From Erysipelotrichaceae bacterium (lineage in GTDB: Bacteria > Bacillota_I > Bacilli_A > Erysipelotrichales > Erysipelotrichaceae), in assembly GCA_017432005.1 (NCBI GenBank), contig JAFRKA010000016.1, positions 145,380 through 209,379 on the forward strand: DNA of 64,000 nt. Reading direction: 5' to 3'. The position numbers and the translations under genes are program-made. Shown here in pieces: positions 1 to 9,790 of the stretch. Each line of letters starts with the position of its first letter. The stretch's first letter is position 1. The notes under the pieces are model-generated. The model was not told the DNA's origin and did not search any database. It worked only from the letters and a program-made list of their open reading frames with translations.

Positions 1-22
1 AATCCTGAAGTAAAAAGCATTC

Positions 23-52
23 AAAAAGGGTAGTCATCGACTACCCTTTTTT
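23..52. terminator. Intrinsic terminator hairpin, probably bidirectional
   Basis: GGGTAGTC-atc-GACTACCC stem with an A-run before it and a T-run after it. It lies between the 3' end of an upstream + strand gene and the stop of the - strand gene at 73. Confidence 0.6.
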
Positions 53-72
53 CGTTTCCGTTTTAAATGTGA

Positions 73-717
73 TCAGCTCATCACTTCCATCGACAGTTCG
101 CTGCCGTTGGCTGTGTAGACCTCAAATCTTGAATCGCTCCAGTCGTTCGGATTCGTATATGTGAGACCGAACTGATTCTGGTAGACTTCATTCATGGTCA
201 GATCACAGTCCTTATAGGTCATGACGATATTGCCTTTTGAATCAAAGACCAGACCGGCACAGCTGTTGAACTGAGCTGCGAAGAAGAAGTTCAGGATGTA
301 GAGTTCATCATTGAGATTGTAGAGGTTCAGATAACCGTAGTCCTCATTGATGTTTGGTTCTACGTTTTCCAGCACTTCGATATCGCGGTCATTGATCGTC
401 ACGATATCATAGACCAGACATTTACCGTCCTGACAGTACAGTTCTTCCTTTTCCTTGCCTTCAAGTTTCAGGGTCAGACCGTCTTTGATCTGATAGGTCT
501 GTTTCGCATGTTTCAGCGTGAAATCATAGGCGACCCATTCTTTTTCCATCTGATAGACATATTCTTTCTCATCAGGTTCCGGCTCGACAGGTGCAGGTTC
601 GACCGGTGCTGGTTCCGGCTCAGTCGGAGTCGGTTCCGGTTCAGCAGGTGTATTTTTTGCGCATGCGCACAGCAGCAGCATGATCATGATCAGGATCAGT
701 TTTTTCATAACAGTCAC
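73..717 (-). CDS. Putative lipoprotein with Pro/Glu-rich linker
   Basis: N-terminus [16 protein letters not shown] matches a signal peptide plus lipobox Cys. It is followed by a [24 protein letters not shown] linker. No recognisable catalytic motif. Confidence 0.6.
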   Translation of the reverse strand: MTVMKKLILIMIMLLLCACAKNTPAEPEPTPTEPEPAPVEPAPVEPEPDEKEYVYQMEKEWVAYDFTLKHAKQTYQIKDGLTLKLEGKEKEELYCQDGKCLVYDIVTINDRDIEVLENVEPNINEDYGYLNLYNLNDELYILNFFFAAQFNSCAGLVFDSKGNIVMTYKDCDLTMNEVYQNQFGLTYTNPNDWSDSRFEVYTANGSELSMEVMS

Positions 718-732
718 CTCCCTGTATTCATT

Positions 733-761
733 ATGACATATTTTACTTTAACAGTTATAAT
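733..761 (+). promoter_or_regulatory. Sigma-A-like promoter for thyA-folA
   Basis: ATGACA (733-738), a 17-nt spacer, then TATAAT (756-761). An AAAGGAG RBS lies just before the ATG at 784. Confidence 0.45.
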
Positions 762-783
762 TAAAAAAAGGAGTTTTGACGAT

Positions 784-1656
784 ATGAAACAATATCTGGA
801 TCTGTGCCGTTTTGTACTGGAAAACGGTGAGAAAAGAGGAGACAGGACAGGGACCGGAACGATCTCAAGATTCGGCTATCAGATGAGAGTCGATCTTAAT
901 GACGGTTTTCCTTTACTGACGACCAAGAAAGTCTTCTATCGCGGTATTTTTGAAGAACTTTTCTGGTTCCTGAAAGGTGAGACCAATATCCGGCCGCTGG
1001 CTTTAAAAAACGTCAAGATCTGGAATGACTGGCCTTATGCCAAGTATAAAAAATCAGAAGAATATAAAGGTGAGACGATGGAGGAATTCATCGCGAAGAT
1101 CTGCGAGGATGAACAGTTTGCGGAGAAGTGGGGCGATCTCGGCCCCGTCTACGGCAAGCAGTGGCGCAACTTCGGCGGAGTCGATCAGATAACGGAACTG
1201 ATCGAGAACCTGAAGAACGATCCGTTCTCCAGAAGACATCTCGTTGTTGCCTATAATCCGGGGGAAGTCGATCAGATGGCTCTGCCTCCATGTCATGCGT
1301 TCTTCCAGTTCTATGTGAGCGCAGACAGGAAGAGACTTTCATGTCAGCTGTACCAGCGTTCAGCCGATCTGTTTTTAGGTGTTCCTTTCAATATCGCGTC
1401 CTATGCTCTGCTGCTGGCGATGGTCGCTCAGGTCTGCGGTTATGAACCTTACGAGTTCATTCATACTTTCGGTGATGCGCATATCTATCTCGACCATGTC
1501 GATCAGATAAAGGAACAGCTCTCACGTGAGCCAAGACCACTGCCGAAACTCTGGCTGAATCCGGAGATAAAGAGTATCTTTGATTTTACGATCGATGATG
1601 TGAAGGTCCTGGATTATGATCCGTGGCCGGCCATCAAAGGAAAGGTGTCTGTATGA
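784..1656 (+). CDS. thyA: Thymidylate synthase (ThyA type)
   Basis: [26 protein letters not shown]..., [12 protein letters not shown] (catalytic Cys) and [16 protein letters not shown] motifs. I place the start at the internal ATG 784 of ORF 508..1656, which has an AAAGGAG RBS. The upstream part of that ORF is antisense to the lipoprotein gene. Confidence 0.95.
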   Translation: MKQYLDLCRFVLENGEKRGDRTGTGTISRFGYQMRVDLNDGFPLLTTKKVFYRGIFEELFWFLKGETNIRPLALKNVKIWNDWPYAKYKKSEEYKGETMEEFIAKICEDEQFAEKWGDLGPVYGKQWRNFGGVDQITELIENLKNDPFSRRHLVVAYNPGEVDQMALPPCHAFFQFYVSADRKRLSCQLYQRSADLFLGVPFNIASYALLLAMVAQVCGYEPYEFIHTFGDAHIYLDHVDQIKEQLSREPRPLPKLWLNPEIKSIFDFTIDDVKVLDYDPWPAIKGKVSV

Positions 1657-2126
1657 TCAGTTTTTCTGTCGCTATGGATCCCAATAAGGGTATCGGTATC
1701 AGAGGCTCTCTGCCCTGGCATCTGAAGGATGAGCTCAAACTCTTCAAGTCCAATACACTGTACAAAAATATCGTCATGGGTCAGACGACCTATGATACGC
1801 TTCCCAATAAACTGGCTGATCGCTATATCACGGTCATCTCCCTTGATCCTGAATATAATCCGGCCGATGTGAAGGTGGAGAACGATCTGATCGCCTTCCT
1901 GGAGGAACACAAGGATGATGAAACAGAATACATCATCTGCGGAGGTGCATCGATCTACAGACAGTCGTATCCGTACTGCCGCAAGGCGTATGTCTCATTC
2001 ATTAAAGACGTCTATGAAGTCGATACGCGTTTTGAGAGTTTTGACCTGTCTGACTGGAACATCACCAGGGAAGTCGAATATCCTGATTTCATCTATCGGG
2101 AACTGGAACGCAAGGAAGAGAACTAG
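1653..2126 (+). CDS. folA: Dihydrofolate reductase
   Basis: [24 protein letters not shown]... has a DHFR-type N-terminus. The start forms an ATGA overlap with the thyA stop, giving the classic thyA-folA pair. Confidence 0.85.
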   Translation: MISFSVAMDPNKGIGIRGSLPWHLKDELKLFKSNTLYKNIVMGQTTYDTLPNKLADRYITVISLDPEYNPADVKVENDLIAFLEEHKDDETEYIICGGASIYRQSYPYCRKAYVSFIKDVYEVDTRFESFDLSDWNITREVEYPDFIYRELERKEEN

Positions 2127-2151
2127 AAGTTCTCAATAAACAGTAATTACG

Positions 2152-2176
2152 AAACAGAAGGATTTCTTCTGTTTTT
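2152..2176 (+). terminator. Intrinsic terminator after folA
   Basis: AACAGAAG-gattt-CTTCTGTT stem followed by TTT. Confidence 0.7.
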
Positions 2177-2185
2177 AAAACAGAA

Positions 2186-2512
2186 ATGATGAACAAACAC
2201 AGAAACGATACAGATGAACTGGCCTATGCAGTCCTGTCACTTGTCAGTGAGATCCCTGCAGGGAAGGTTTTGAGCTACGGAAAGATCGCTGAACTGCTGG
2301 GCAGGAAGAAGAACCCGCGACTGGTAGGAAAGATACTGAGTGAAGCTTCGTATTACGGTTCTTATCCGTGTCACCGGGTCGTGAATCACTGCGGACGCAC
2401 GGCTCCGGGTTTTACTGAGCAGCGTCAGTTACTAGAAGCAGAAGGCGTAATCTTCAAGCAGAACGGCTGCGTGGATATGAAAAGATACAGCTGGGATATA
2501 GATGATGAATAG
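2186..2512 (+). CDS. MGMT-family protein (DNA-binding/active-site domain only)
   Basis: At 108 aa it covers only the C-terminal O6-alkylguanine-DNA alkyltransferase domain. It contains YGKIAELLG...NPRLVG and the PCHRVV active-site motif. Confidence 0.75.
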   Translation: MMNKHRNDTDELAYAVLSLVSEIPAGKVLSYGKIAELLGRKKNPRLVGKILSEASYYGSYPCHRVVNHCGRTAPGFTEQRQLLEAEGVIFKQNGCVDMKRYSWDIDDE

Positions 2513-3026
2513 ACAGCTGATGTGGATCTACGGTCTTCTGCCTCAGGAAGAGACCGGGATCATCTGTGATATCTGCAGAAAACAGAATGAAGATCTGAAA
2601 CTGTCGGAACACTTTCTGGATTTTCCATTACACATTTCGCTCAAAAGAAGTTTCTATACAGCTGATTTTGAAAACGTCAGGGACGATATCCTGAAGATCA
2701 CGGACAGGACGATCGAATGCGGAGAGATCTATCCTTATAAACAGAAGGATATGATCTGGCTGAGGATCACAAAAGAGGATGAGATAAGAGCTGTCCATGA
2801 GGAACTCGATGAATATCTGAGAGACAGGTATCAGATCGCGATCGACGGATTCGACCGCACCTATCTTCCGCACGTATCGCTGTTTCACAACTGTGATGAG
2901 CTGCGGAAAGAGAAGATGTATGAAAGACTGACGGAGCTGCTTCCGCCGTTAAAAGTAAAGATCGACCGTTACATCATCGGTTCAAAAGTTAACAGCAACG
3001 TCATATACGACAGAAGAGAAAAATGA
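2502..3026 (+). CDS. 2H phosphoesterase superfamily protein (LigT / 2'-5' RNA ligase-like)
   Basis: Two H-x-S/T-x motifs (PLHISLK and LPHVSLF) at the spacing typical of the family. It overlaps the preceding gene by 11 nt. Confidence 0.6.
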   Translation: MMNRQLMWIYGLLPQEETGIICDICRKQNEDLKLSEHFLDFPLHISLKRSFYTADFENVRDDILKITDRTIECGEIYPYKQKDMIWLRITKEDEIRAVHEELDEYLRDRYQIAIDGFDRTYLPHVSLFHNCDELRKEKMYERLTELLPPLKVKIDRYIIGSKVNSNVIYDRREK

Positions 3027-3097
3027 GCAGCCGGAACGTTTCATCTGAGCTGTCAAAAAATAGTATAATGATTACATAGAAGGAGAATTTAACTAAT

Positions 3098-3739
3098 ATG
3101 TTGAGAACAAAGGCGGTCAAACTGACAGTTATACCAGCAATGGCTTTTCGTGTGAAGATGCCGGGTGGTCCGAGCATCACGATCCAGCGTGCTGATTACC
3201 AGCAGCCGGGCATCGCATCGATAAGCAGAACTTCTGGAGAGGCGATCCCTAGCAAGAATACCAATACGAAGATGTATCCGCCGGAGGCATTTGCGGAAGC
3301 TATCAAACTGACCAACGGTCTTAAGTACACAAGACAGAAGGATAAGAAGGGCGTCAAAGTGACCAAGGACATGGTCAAGGAAAAGAAAGCAAAACCGGTC
3401 GAGGAAGTGGCTCTTAATGAAGAGGCCTACCAGATGATCGTTGACAGATATACGGATAAGAAGGGTAACTTCTCTTATGATCTGATGAACAAGGAATTCA
3501 TCCGTTTTGCGAAGACCAGCAGCGTCGTCAGAGACATGGTCGCTGAGAATCAGAGTGCGGCCAAGATCCGTAACTATGTCGTATACAACAAGATCCGCAA
3601 CATTACTGGTATGGATCTGAGTGACAAGGAGATCAAGAAGATCGTTGAGAAGCTGGATGAAGCTTATCCGAAGGGCGTCTTCAAGGATCTCAACGAAGAG
3701 ATCAAACGGATGCTCAGTGCCAGCAAGAAAAAGAAATAA
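3098..3739 (+). CDS. Hypothetical Lys-rich protein
   Basis: ORF of 213 aa with an AAGGAG RBS upstream and a terminator downstream. No motif recognised. Confidence 0.5.
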   Translation: MLRTKAVKLTVIPAMAFRVKMPGGPSITIQRADYQQPGIASISRTSGEAIPSKNTNTKMYPPEAFAEAIKLTNGLKYTRQKDKKGVKVTKDMVKEKKAKPVEEVALNEEAYQMIVDRYTDKKGNFSYDLMNKEFIRFAKTSSVVRDMVAENQSAAKIRNYVVYNKIRNITGMDLSDKEIKKIVEKLDEAYPKGVFKDLNEEIKRMLSASKKKK

Positions 3740-3744
3740 GATGA

Positions 3745-3768
3745 AGGCTCAGCTATGAGCCTTTATAT
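3745..3768 (+). terminator. Intrinsic terminator
   Basis: GGCTCA-gcta-TGAGCC stem followed by TTTATATT. Confidence 0.6.
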
Positions 3769-3777
3769 TAAACCGGT

Positions 3778-4545
3778 ATGAAACTATATATCTGTTCCAA
3801 CAATTTTACCGATATCCAGCAGAAACAGGCTGTGGAATGTATCAGGATCCTGGAAGAGAAAGGACACTCCTGCAGTGTGGCAAATCAGACCGCTGAACTC
3901 CTTTTTCAGGATGATGGGCATTGCCTGTTTTCGGCTGGCGAAAGCGATTTGATCCTGTCGTTAGGAGGAGACGGAGCACTGCTCAGAGCTGCACCACTGG
4001 CCATGGAAGCTGACAGACCTTTACTGGGAGTCAACTCCGGAAGGAAGGGTTATCTGTGCGCCATGATGGTCAGCGAGCTGAATGGATTTGATGAGATCCT
4101 GAAGGATTGCGAATACTCACAGCGCAGGCTGCTGGAGCTTACCTATCAGGGTGAGCACCACTATGCGCTTAATGATGTGATCGTCTCCAAGAACAATTTC
4201 GGTCAGACTGTCGATCTTAGTATCCTGCTGGAAAAGGAAAGAGTCCTGAAGATGAGAGGTGACGGACTGATCATCGCGACTCCGACCGGTTCGACAGCCT
4301 ACAATTTTTCAGCCGGTGGTCCATTGCTGCTGAACGATACGGAAGTATTCGCGGTGACGCCGATCTGCGGTGATATCCATCCGACTGTCGTGCGCAATGA
4401 CCGGAAGATCATCGTCAGAGTGAATCATGACAAAGCTGATATCTATGTCGACGGTCAGCTCGTAGGATCGATCGATGATGAGATCACGATCGGACGCTCA
4501 GAGAAGACGATCAGCCTGGTCAGCAGAAAACAGCCACTGGAATAG
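3778..4545 (+). CDS. nadK: NAD kinase
   Basis: GGDGALLRAA and TPTGSTAYNFSAGGP motifs. Confidence 0.9.
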   Translation: MKLYICSNNFTDIQQKQAVECIRILEEKGHSCSVANQTAELLFQDDGHCLFSAGESDLILSLGGDGALLRAAPLAMEADRPLLGVNSGRKGYLCAMMVSELNGFDEILKDCEYSQRRLLELTYQGEHHYALNDVIVSKNNFGQTVDLSILLEKERVLKMRGDGLIIATPTGSTAYNFSAGGPLLLNDTEVFAVTPICGDIHPTVVRNDRKIIVRVNHDKADIYVDGQLVGSIDDEITIGRSEKTISLVSRKQPLE

Positions 4546-4573
4546 CATTACCTGATCAATCAATTATTTACAG

Positions 4574-4602
4574 CCGAAGGAAAAAACCTTCGGTTTTCTT
4601 TT
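4574..4602 (+). terminator. Intrinsic terminator after nadK
   Basis: CCGAAGG-aaaaaa-CCTTCGG stem followed by TTTTCTTTT. Confidence 0.8.
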
Positions 4603-4683
4603 GAGAGCTTATTTATGATCTGTTTAATAAAAAAGTGATATGATGGATAAAATTGGTTTTTTATAATAACAGGGGGAATTAGC

Positions 4684-6769
4684 ATGATCAGGGCAATGGA
4701 GATCAGTGGGATTGTCATATCCCTATTTGCGTTTGCGTATGCTGCATGGCTTTATCTGTGGGTGAAAAACAGCCGCAGGAGAATGAGACGATCGAAAGGA
4801 TCGCTCAGCTGATTCAGGACGGTGCCAGAGCTTTTCTGGGCAGACAGTACGGGCTGCTGTTCAGATTTGCGGGACTGGTAGCAGTGATTATTTTCCTTTT
4901 ATTGCCTGAACCGGTCTGGAAGGGTCTTTCCATCCAGAATATGTTCATGGCTTTCTCATATATAGCCGGAACACTGTTTTCCGCTTTTGCGGGCAAGATC
5001 GGTATCGAAGTGGCGACGATCGCCAACGGACGCTGCGCCTATGCTGCCAGAGACGGCATCAAACCGGCTTTCATGACCGGTTTCAGGGGCGGAGCAGTCA
5101 TGGGTATGGCTGTCGTCGGTGCCTGCAACCTGGGAGTGTGTCTGGTATACATGCTGCTGGCTGATCCGCAGGCAGTACTGTGCTTCAGCTTCGGTGCCAG
5201 TTCCCTGGCGCTGTTTGCGAAAGTCGGTGGCGGTATCTTCACCAAGACGGCCGATATCGCAGCTGACCTGACCGGTAAAGTCGAACTGGGCATTCCGGAA
5301 GATGATCCGCGCAATCCGGCCGTCATTGCCGACAATGTCGGTGACAACGTCGGTGATGTGGCAGGCATGGGTGCTGACCTCTTTGACTCCAATGTCGCTT
5401 CGTTAGCCGCAGCGATCGTTATCGCGGCAAGTCTTGACCGGGTCTCTTCATTCCATTCAAATGTTGCGACCGTCTTCTGCTATGCAGGACTCGGACTGCT
5501 GGCTTCCATCCTGGGCGTCATGACCGCCAGGATCGGCAAAAACGGCAATCCGACCAGAGCACTTAACTCTTCGACCTATGTCACGACCGGCATCTACACC
5601 GTCCTGACGGCTCTGGCTACATATATCTTCAATTTCCGTTTTGAGATCTGGGCAGCCTGTATCCTGGGTCTGCTGGTCGGTGTCATCATCGGTATCACGA
5701 CCGACTACTTCACTGATGACAGCAAGTCTCCGGTCCACAACGTAGCGCATGCTTCACACACCGGTCCGGCGTTCACGATCCTTTCAGAGATCTCCTACGG
5801 TTTCCTGTCCACGATGCCGGCTATGATCGGTACCGGTATCTCTACCTTGATCTCTTATCGTCTCTGTGAGAATATCGATCCGCTCTACGGTTCTGAATAT
5901 GCGCTCTTCGGTATCTCCATGCAGCCGTCGGAATGTTGTCGATCGTCGGTATGATCGTCTCCAATGACGCCTACGGTCCGATCGTCGACAATGCCAGAGG
6001 TTTGGCGGAAATGGGTTCGCTGGGAGATGAAGTCCTCAAGATAACCGATGAACTGGATTCTGCCGGCAATACCGTCAAAGCCGTCACCAAGGGTTTCTCC
6101 ATCTCAGCTGCCGGTCTGACGGTCATCGCATTGCTTGGAACTTTCATGAGTGAAGTAAACAGCGCCGCAAGTCAGCTTGGTCTGCAGAGTGTTACCGGAT
6201 TCGATGTCATGGATCCGCTGGTCTTCTTCGGCATGCTGACAGGAGCAGCGATCCCGGCCGTCTTCTCAGCCGTACTGATGCTGGGAGTCGACCGCAATGC
6301 GCAGCGCATGGTCGCTGAGATCCATCGCCAGTTCAGTGAGATCCCGGGCCTCAGAGAGGGCAAAGCCGATCCTGATTACCGCCGCTGCATCGAGATCGCA
6401 GCTGACGGTGCGATCAGAGAACTGATCCCAGCCGGTGCCATTGCGATCATCTCCACGATCATCGTCGGTCTGATCGGCGGTGTCTCCGCCATCGCCGGTT
6501 TCCTGGTAGGCAATATCGTCAGCGGTCTTCTGCTTGCGCTGTTCATGTCCAATGCCGGCGGTCTGTGGGATAACGCCAAGAAGTATGTTGAAGCCGGCAA
6601 TGAGGGCGGCAAGGGTTCAGAAGCTCACAAGTCAGCTGTCGTCGGTGATACGGTCGGTGATCCTTTCAAGGATACGGCCGGTCCGAGCATCAATACGCAG
6701 ATCACTGTCGTCTCTTTGATCGCTTCGCTTCTTTCGACTTTATTCCTGACCTTCTCACTGTTCAGATAA
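4684..6769 (+). pseudogene. hppA: Membrane-bound proton-translocating pyrophosphatase, interrupted by two 1-nt deletions
   Basis: Three consecutive reading frames together rebuild one roughly 695-aa M-PPase. Frame 1 (4684-~4766) gives MIRAMEISGIVISLFAFAYAAWLYLWVK. ORF 4746..5954 continues with QPQENETIERIAQLIQDGARAFL. ORF 5933..6769 continues with [25 protein letters not shown]...[15 protein letters not shown]. The frame changes fall at the A5 run 4765-4769 and at about 5921. Confidence 0.85.
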
Positions 6770-6791
6770 CAGAAAACAGATCAGATAATTC

Positions 6792-6818
6792 AAAAGCGCC
6801 TTATACGGCGCCTTTTTT
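6792..6818. terminator. Bidirectional intrinsic terminator
   Basis: AAAA-GCGCC-ttatac-GGCGC-CTTTTTT, lying between convergent genes. Confidence 0.75.
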
Positions 6819-7500
6819 AAGCAATGTAGAAGAAGATGAGCAGGTAATGACACAGACTGCCCAGCAGTACCAGGATATGGAACACTTCATGTTCGCTCCA
6901 GTCTTTAGAGATCCTGATCTTGAATGCATAGATGATGCCGCCAAGGGTATACAGGATACCGCCTGTAAGCAGAAGGATAAAACCTCTGGGGTCAAGAGTC
7001 AGATAGATGGTACGGATCTTCATGATGGCCAGCCAGCCCATGAAGATATAAATGATCGAGGAGACATAGCGCGGACAGTAGACCCAGAACAGTTTCAGGA
7101 CCGTTCCCAGTAGAGCCGTCGCCCAGACGATACAAAGCAAGACCAGTCCGTCTTTGCCTAAGGCATTCAGACACAGCGGCGTATATGTACCGGCGATCAG
7201 GAAGAAGACACTGATGTGATCGATCTTCTTCAGGATCGTCGTATATCTTTCAGGAAGTACAAAAGTATGATAGGCACTGCTGGCTCCGTAGAGCGTGATC
7301 AGTGACAGACAGAAGATGCTCAGACACACCATGAGCAGGGGATCAGAGTTGCTGATGCCTGCCTTGGAAAGAAGTACTGGTGTAAAAAAGATCGAAGCGA
7401 TGAAACCGATAAAATGAGTCAGGGCACTGATCGGATCTTTGACGGAGATATAGGGTTTGTTTTCCAGCCGGTTCAGCTGGCGGATCCTCATTTCACTCAT
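6817..7500 (-). CDS. Hemolysin III / PAQR family membrane protein
   Basis: Seven predicted TM segments, with ALTHFIG, SSAYH and HEVFH motifs typical of the HlyIII/YplQ family. I place the start at ATG 7500, preceded by GGAGGAAAAAC, rather than at the ORF start 7605. Confidence 0.8.
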   Translation of the reverse strand: MSEMRIRQLNRLENKPYISVKDPISALTHFIGFIASIFFTPVLLSKAGISNSDPLLMVCLSIFCLSLITLYGASSAYHTFVLPERYTTILKKIDHISVFFLIAGTYTPLCLNALGKDGLVLLCIVWATALLGTVLKLFWVYCPRYVSSIIYIFMGWLAIMKIRTIYLTLDPRGFILLLTGGILYTLGGIIYAFKIRISKDWSEHEVFHILVLLGSLCHYLLIFFYIA

Positions 7501-7634
7501 GTTTTTCCTCCTTGTTGGGTCACAGAAATAGTAATATAATAAACCTGTAACAGGTTTTTCAAAAACCTCTGATTGCATTGTATATAATAATGAAAAACGT
7601 GTCAAGAGTTATTGAAAAACCGCTGGAGGAGAAA

Positions 7635-8114
7635 ATGTCCGAACAACTGAAAGAATTCCGTCTGCCTACCTATAAAGAGATACCGTCGGTCGGCCTGTAT
7701 CTTGATCAGGTCTCGAAGTATATCAACGATTCACTTGCGGTCATACCTGAATGTACAGTGACCAATTCGATGATCTCCAACTATGTAAAGAAGAAACTGG
7801 TCCCCAATCCGGTAAAAAAACAGTACGGACGTGATCAGATCGCCTATCTGATCTTCATCGCCTTAAGCAAGCGTGTCCTGTCACTGGATGATGTGGCAGC
7901 CTTATTCAGGATCCAGAAACAGACCTGCAGCTGTGAAGAAGCCTATACATTCTTTTCGGGTTTGCTTGAAGACAGTCTGCGCCGGATGTTCAGGAATCAG
8001 CAGCTTGATTACGTCAAGGAAAAAGATAAAAACAAGGCCCTGCTCAAAAATATCGTCATCACGATCGTTCAAAGTATCCATCTCACGGAGCTGTTAAAGG
8101 ACGCAGAAGGCTGA
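7635..8114 (+). CDS. DUF1836 domain protein
   Basis: LPTYKEIPSVGLYLDQV...TNSMISNYVKKKLVPNPVKKQYGRDQIAYLIFI matches the DUF1836 pattern as I recall it. I place the start at ATG 7635, after GGAGGAG. Confidence 0.7.
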   Translation: MSEQLKEFRLPTYKEIPSVGLYLDQVSKYINDSLAVIPECTVTNSMISNYVKKKLVPNPVKKQYGRDQIAYLIFIALSKRVLSLDDVAALFRIQKQTCSCEEAYTFFSGLLEDSLRRMFRNQQLDYVKEKDKNKALLKNIVITIVQSIHLTELLKDAEG

Positions 8115-8130
8115 AAATGGCAGTTACGAG

Positions 8131-8158
8131 CTCATTTATGCATAAAAATGAGCTTAAA
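8131..8158 (+). terminator. Hairpin after the DUF1836 gene
   Basis: GAGCTCATTT-atgcataa-AAATGAGCTT inverted repeat. The trailing sequence is A/T-rich rather than a clean T-run. Confidence 0.45.
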
Positions 8159-8338
8159 TATAATGTTGTATAGCAATATTTTACCCACTAAAACAGGTGA
8201 TTTCTATCATAGATTATCGATAAACGATAATATTGGGCTTTAAGAAGCTAATAGTATAGCAATTTTTGCCTGTTTTTTGAAAGCGTTTTCAGTAATAATC
8301 ATACGTCACAAGAAAGATAATATAATACAATATTAGTT

Positions 8339-9034
8339 ATGAGCGCTGAAGAGTTCAGAAAACAGCTGGAATCAAGAGGAATCGTCATCGATGACGAGAT
8401 GATGAAGAAACTTGATGACTATGCCGCTTTTCTTAAAGAATACAACGAAAAGGTCAATCTGACGGCCATAACAGAGTATGAAGAAGTGCTGGATAAGCAT
8501 TTCTATGATTCTCTGCTTTGTGCTTACCGGAAGCTGGAAGGAAGTCTCGTCGATGTCGGTACGGGAGCCGGTTTCCCGGGCGTCGTACTCAAGATCGCTT
8601 TCCCGGAACTGAAGGTGATCCTGATCGAACCAATCCGCAAGCGCTGTGTATTCCTGGAAGAACTGATCAGGAAACTGGAACTGAAGGAGATCGAAGTGAT
8701 TAATGAACGCGGTGAAGATTTCTCACTGAATCACCGCGAAGAATATGATTATGTGACGGCGAGGGCGGTTGCGAATCTCAACAGTCTGATCGAAGTCTGC
8801 GGAGCCATGGTGAAGAAAAACGGCTGTTTCATCTGCTTAAGAGGGAAGGACGGCAGAAGTGAGATAGCTGAGGCTGAAAAGGCGATCAGGACCATGGGAT
8901 TTACTGTTGAAAGTATCACTGATGAGCAGCTGATGAATGGTGACAGCAGAACGATCGCATATTTGCGCAAAGTCGCTCAGACGCCGTTAAAATATCCTAG
9001 GAAATATAATATAATAAAAAAGAACCCGTTATGA
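8339..9034 (+). CDS. rsmG: 16S rRNA (guanine527-N7)-methyltransferase
   Basis: VNLTAI...HFYDSL...VDVGTGAGFPG motifs, plus position upstream of the noc-like gene, soj and spo0J. Confidence 0.9.
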   Translation: MSAEEFRKQLESRGIVIDDEMMKKLDDYAAFLKEYNEKVNLTAITEYEEVLDKHFYDSLLCAYRKLEGSLVDVGTGAGFPGVVLKIAFPELKVILIEPIRKRCVFLEELIRKLELKEIEVINERGEDFSLNHREEYDYVTARAVANLNSLIEVCGAMVKKNGCFICLRGKDGRSEIAEAEKAIRTMGFTVESITDEQLMNGDSRTIAYLRKVAQTPLKYPRKYNIIKKNPL

Positions 9035-9780
9035 AAAAAGAAATAGTAAAGATCAAATTAGACAAGATAATCCCTAACAAGAACCAGCCGCGTCTGGATT
9101 TTTATGATGATTCGATCAAAGGACTGGCCGAATCGATCAGGATGAACGGACTTTTACAGCCGGTAACGGTCCGTAAGAACGGCGACAAGTATGAACTGAT
9201 CGCCGGTGAAAGAAGATACCGTGCGTGCCTGCTCAACGGTGCCAGCGATATCGAAGCGATCGTCATGGAGAGCAGTGATGATGAGTCAGCCAAACTGGCA
9301 CTGATCGAAAACCTGCAGCGTGAAGATCTCAATGCGATCGAACAGGCGATGGCGATGCGCCGCATCATGCAGTCGGAAGACCTGACTCAGGTCGAACTGG
9401 CTGAAAGACTTGGTTACAGACAGTCGACGGTCGCCAACAAGCTGCGTCTGCTCAAGCTTCCTGACTACATCAAGAAGGCCATTTCACGCGGTGAGATCAC
9501 CGAGCGTCATGCGCGTGCTTTACTGAATGTACCGGAAGACAAGCTGGAAGAAGTCTATCTGACGATCATCAACCGGAACTACAATGTTTCCAAGACGGAA
9601 GAATACATCAGAGAGTATCTGCAGAAGAGCAAGAACCGCGGAGTCTCCAATAATCTGAAGATCGGTATCAATACGATCTCTCAGGCTTATGAGCTCTGCA
9701 AGAAATCTGGTATCGATTCGACGATGCAGGTAACGGAATATGACGATAACGTGAAGATCGTTATCCGGATGAAGAAATAA
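9031..9780 (+). CDS. ParB/Noc-family nucleoid-occlusion-like protein
   Basis: ParB N-terminal box (NQPR...LLQPVTVR...YELIAGERRYRA) and an HTH (TQVELAERLGYRQSTVANKLRLLKL). It occupies the noc position between rsmG and soj. I do not see a Noc-type N-terminal amphipathic helix. Confidence 0.75.
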   Translation: MKKEIVKIKLDKIIPNKNQPRLDFYDDSIKGLAESIRMNGLLQPVTVRKNGDKYELIAGERRYRACLLNGASDIEAIVMESSDDESAKLALIENLQREDLNAIEQAMAMRRIMQSEDLTQVELAERLGYRQSTVANKLRLLKLPDYIKKAISRGEITERHARALLNVPEDKLEEVYLTIINRNYNVSKTEEYIREYLQKSKNRGVSNNLKIGINTISQAYELCKKSGIDSTMQVTEYDDNVKIVIRMKK

Positions 9781-9790
9781 GGAGGCAGCC

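Noticed and set aside
508-783. N-terminal extensions proposed by the ORF track for several genes: thyA (508), folA (1623), the hlyIII gene (7605), the GG-leader protein (12469), prs (GTG 20745), addA (25965), nagA (40815), the oxidoreductase (38195) and the 35607 ORF.
   Set aside because: In each case an internal ATG preceded by a good Shine-Dalgarno sequence coincides with the conserved N-terminus of the family. The upstream part runs through a neighbouring gene, an intergenic promoter or a terminator hairpin.
5039-6612. Several 60-117-aa Ala/Pro/Ser-rich ORFs on the - strand inside hppA (5039..5392, 5457..5750, 6376..6612).
   Set aside because: They are antisense shadows of a GC-richer membrane-protein gene. 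They have no RBS and a low-complexity sequence.
8115-8338. Possible oriC or DnaA-box cluster, because of the rsmG/noc-like/soj/spo0J context and high AT content.
   Set aside because: I found no good matches to TTATCCACA/TGTGGATAA; the best candidate, TTACCCACT, has two mismatches. dnaA and dnaN are not in the window. The region is kept only as a low-interest structural observation.
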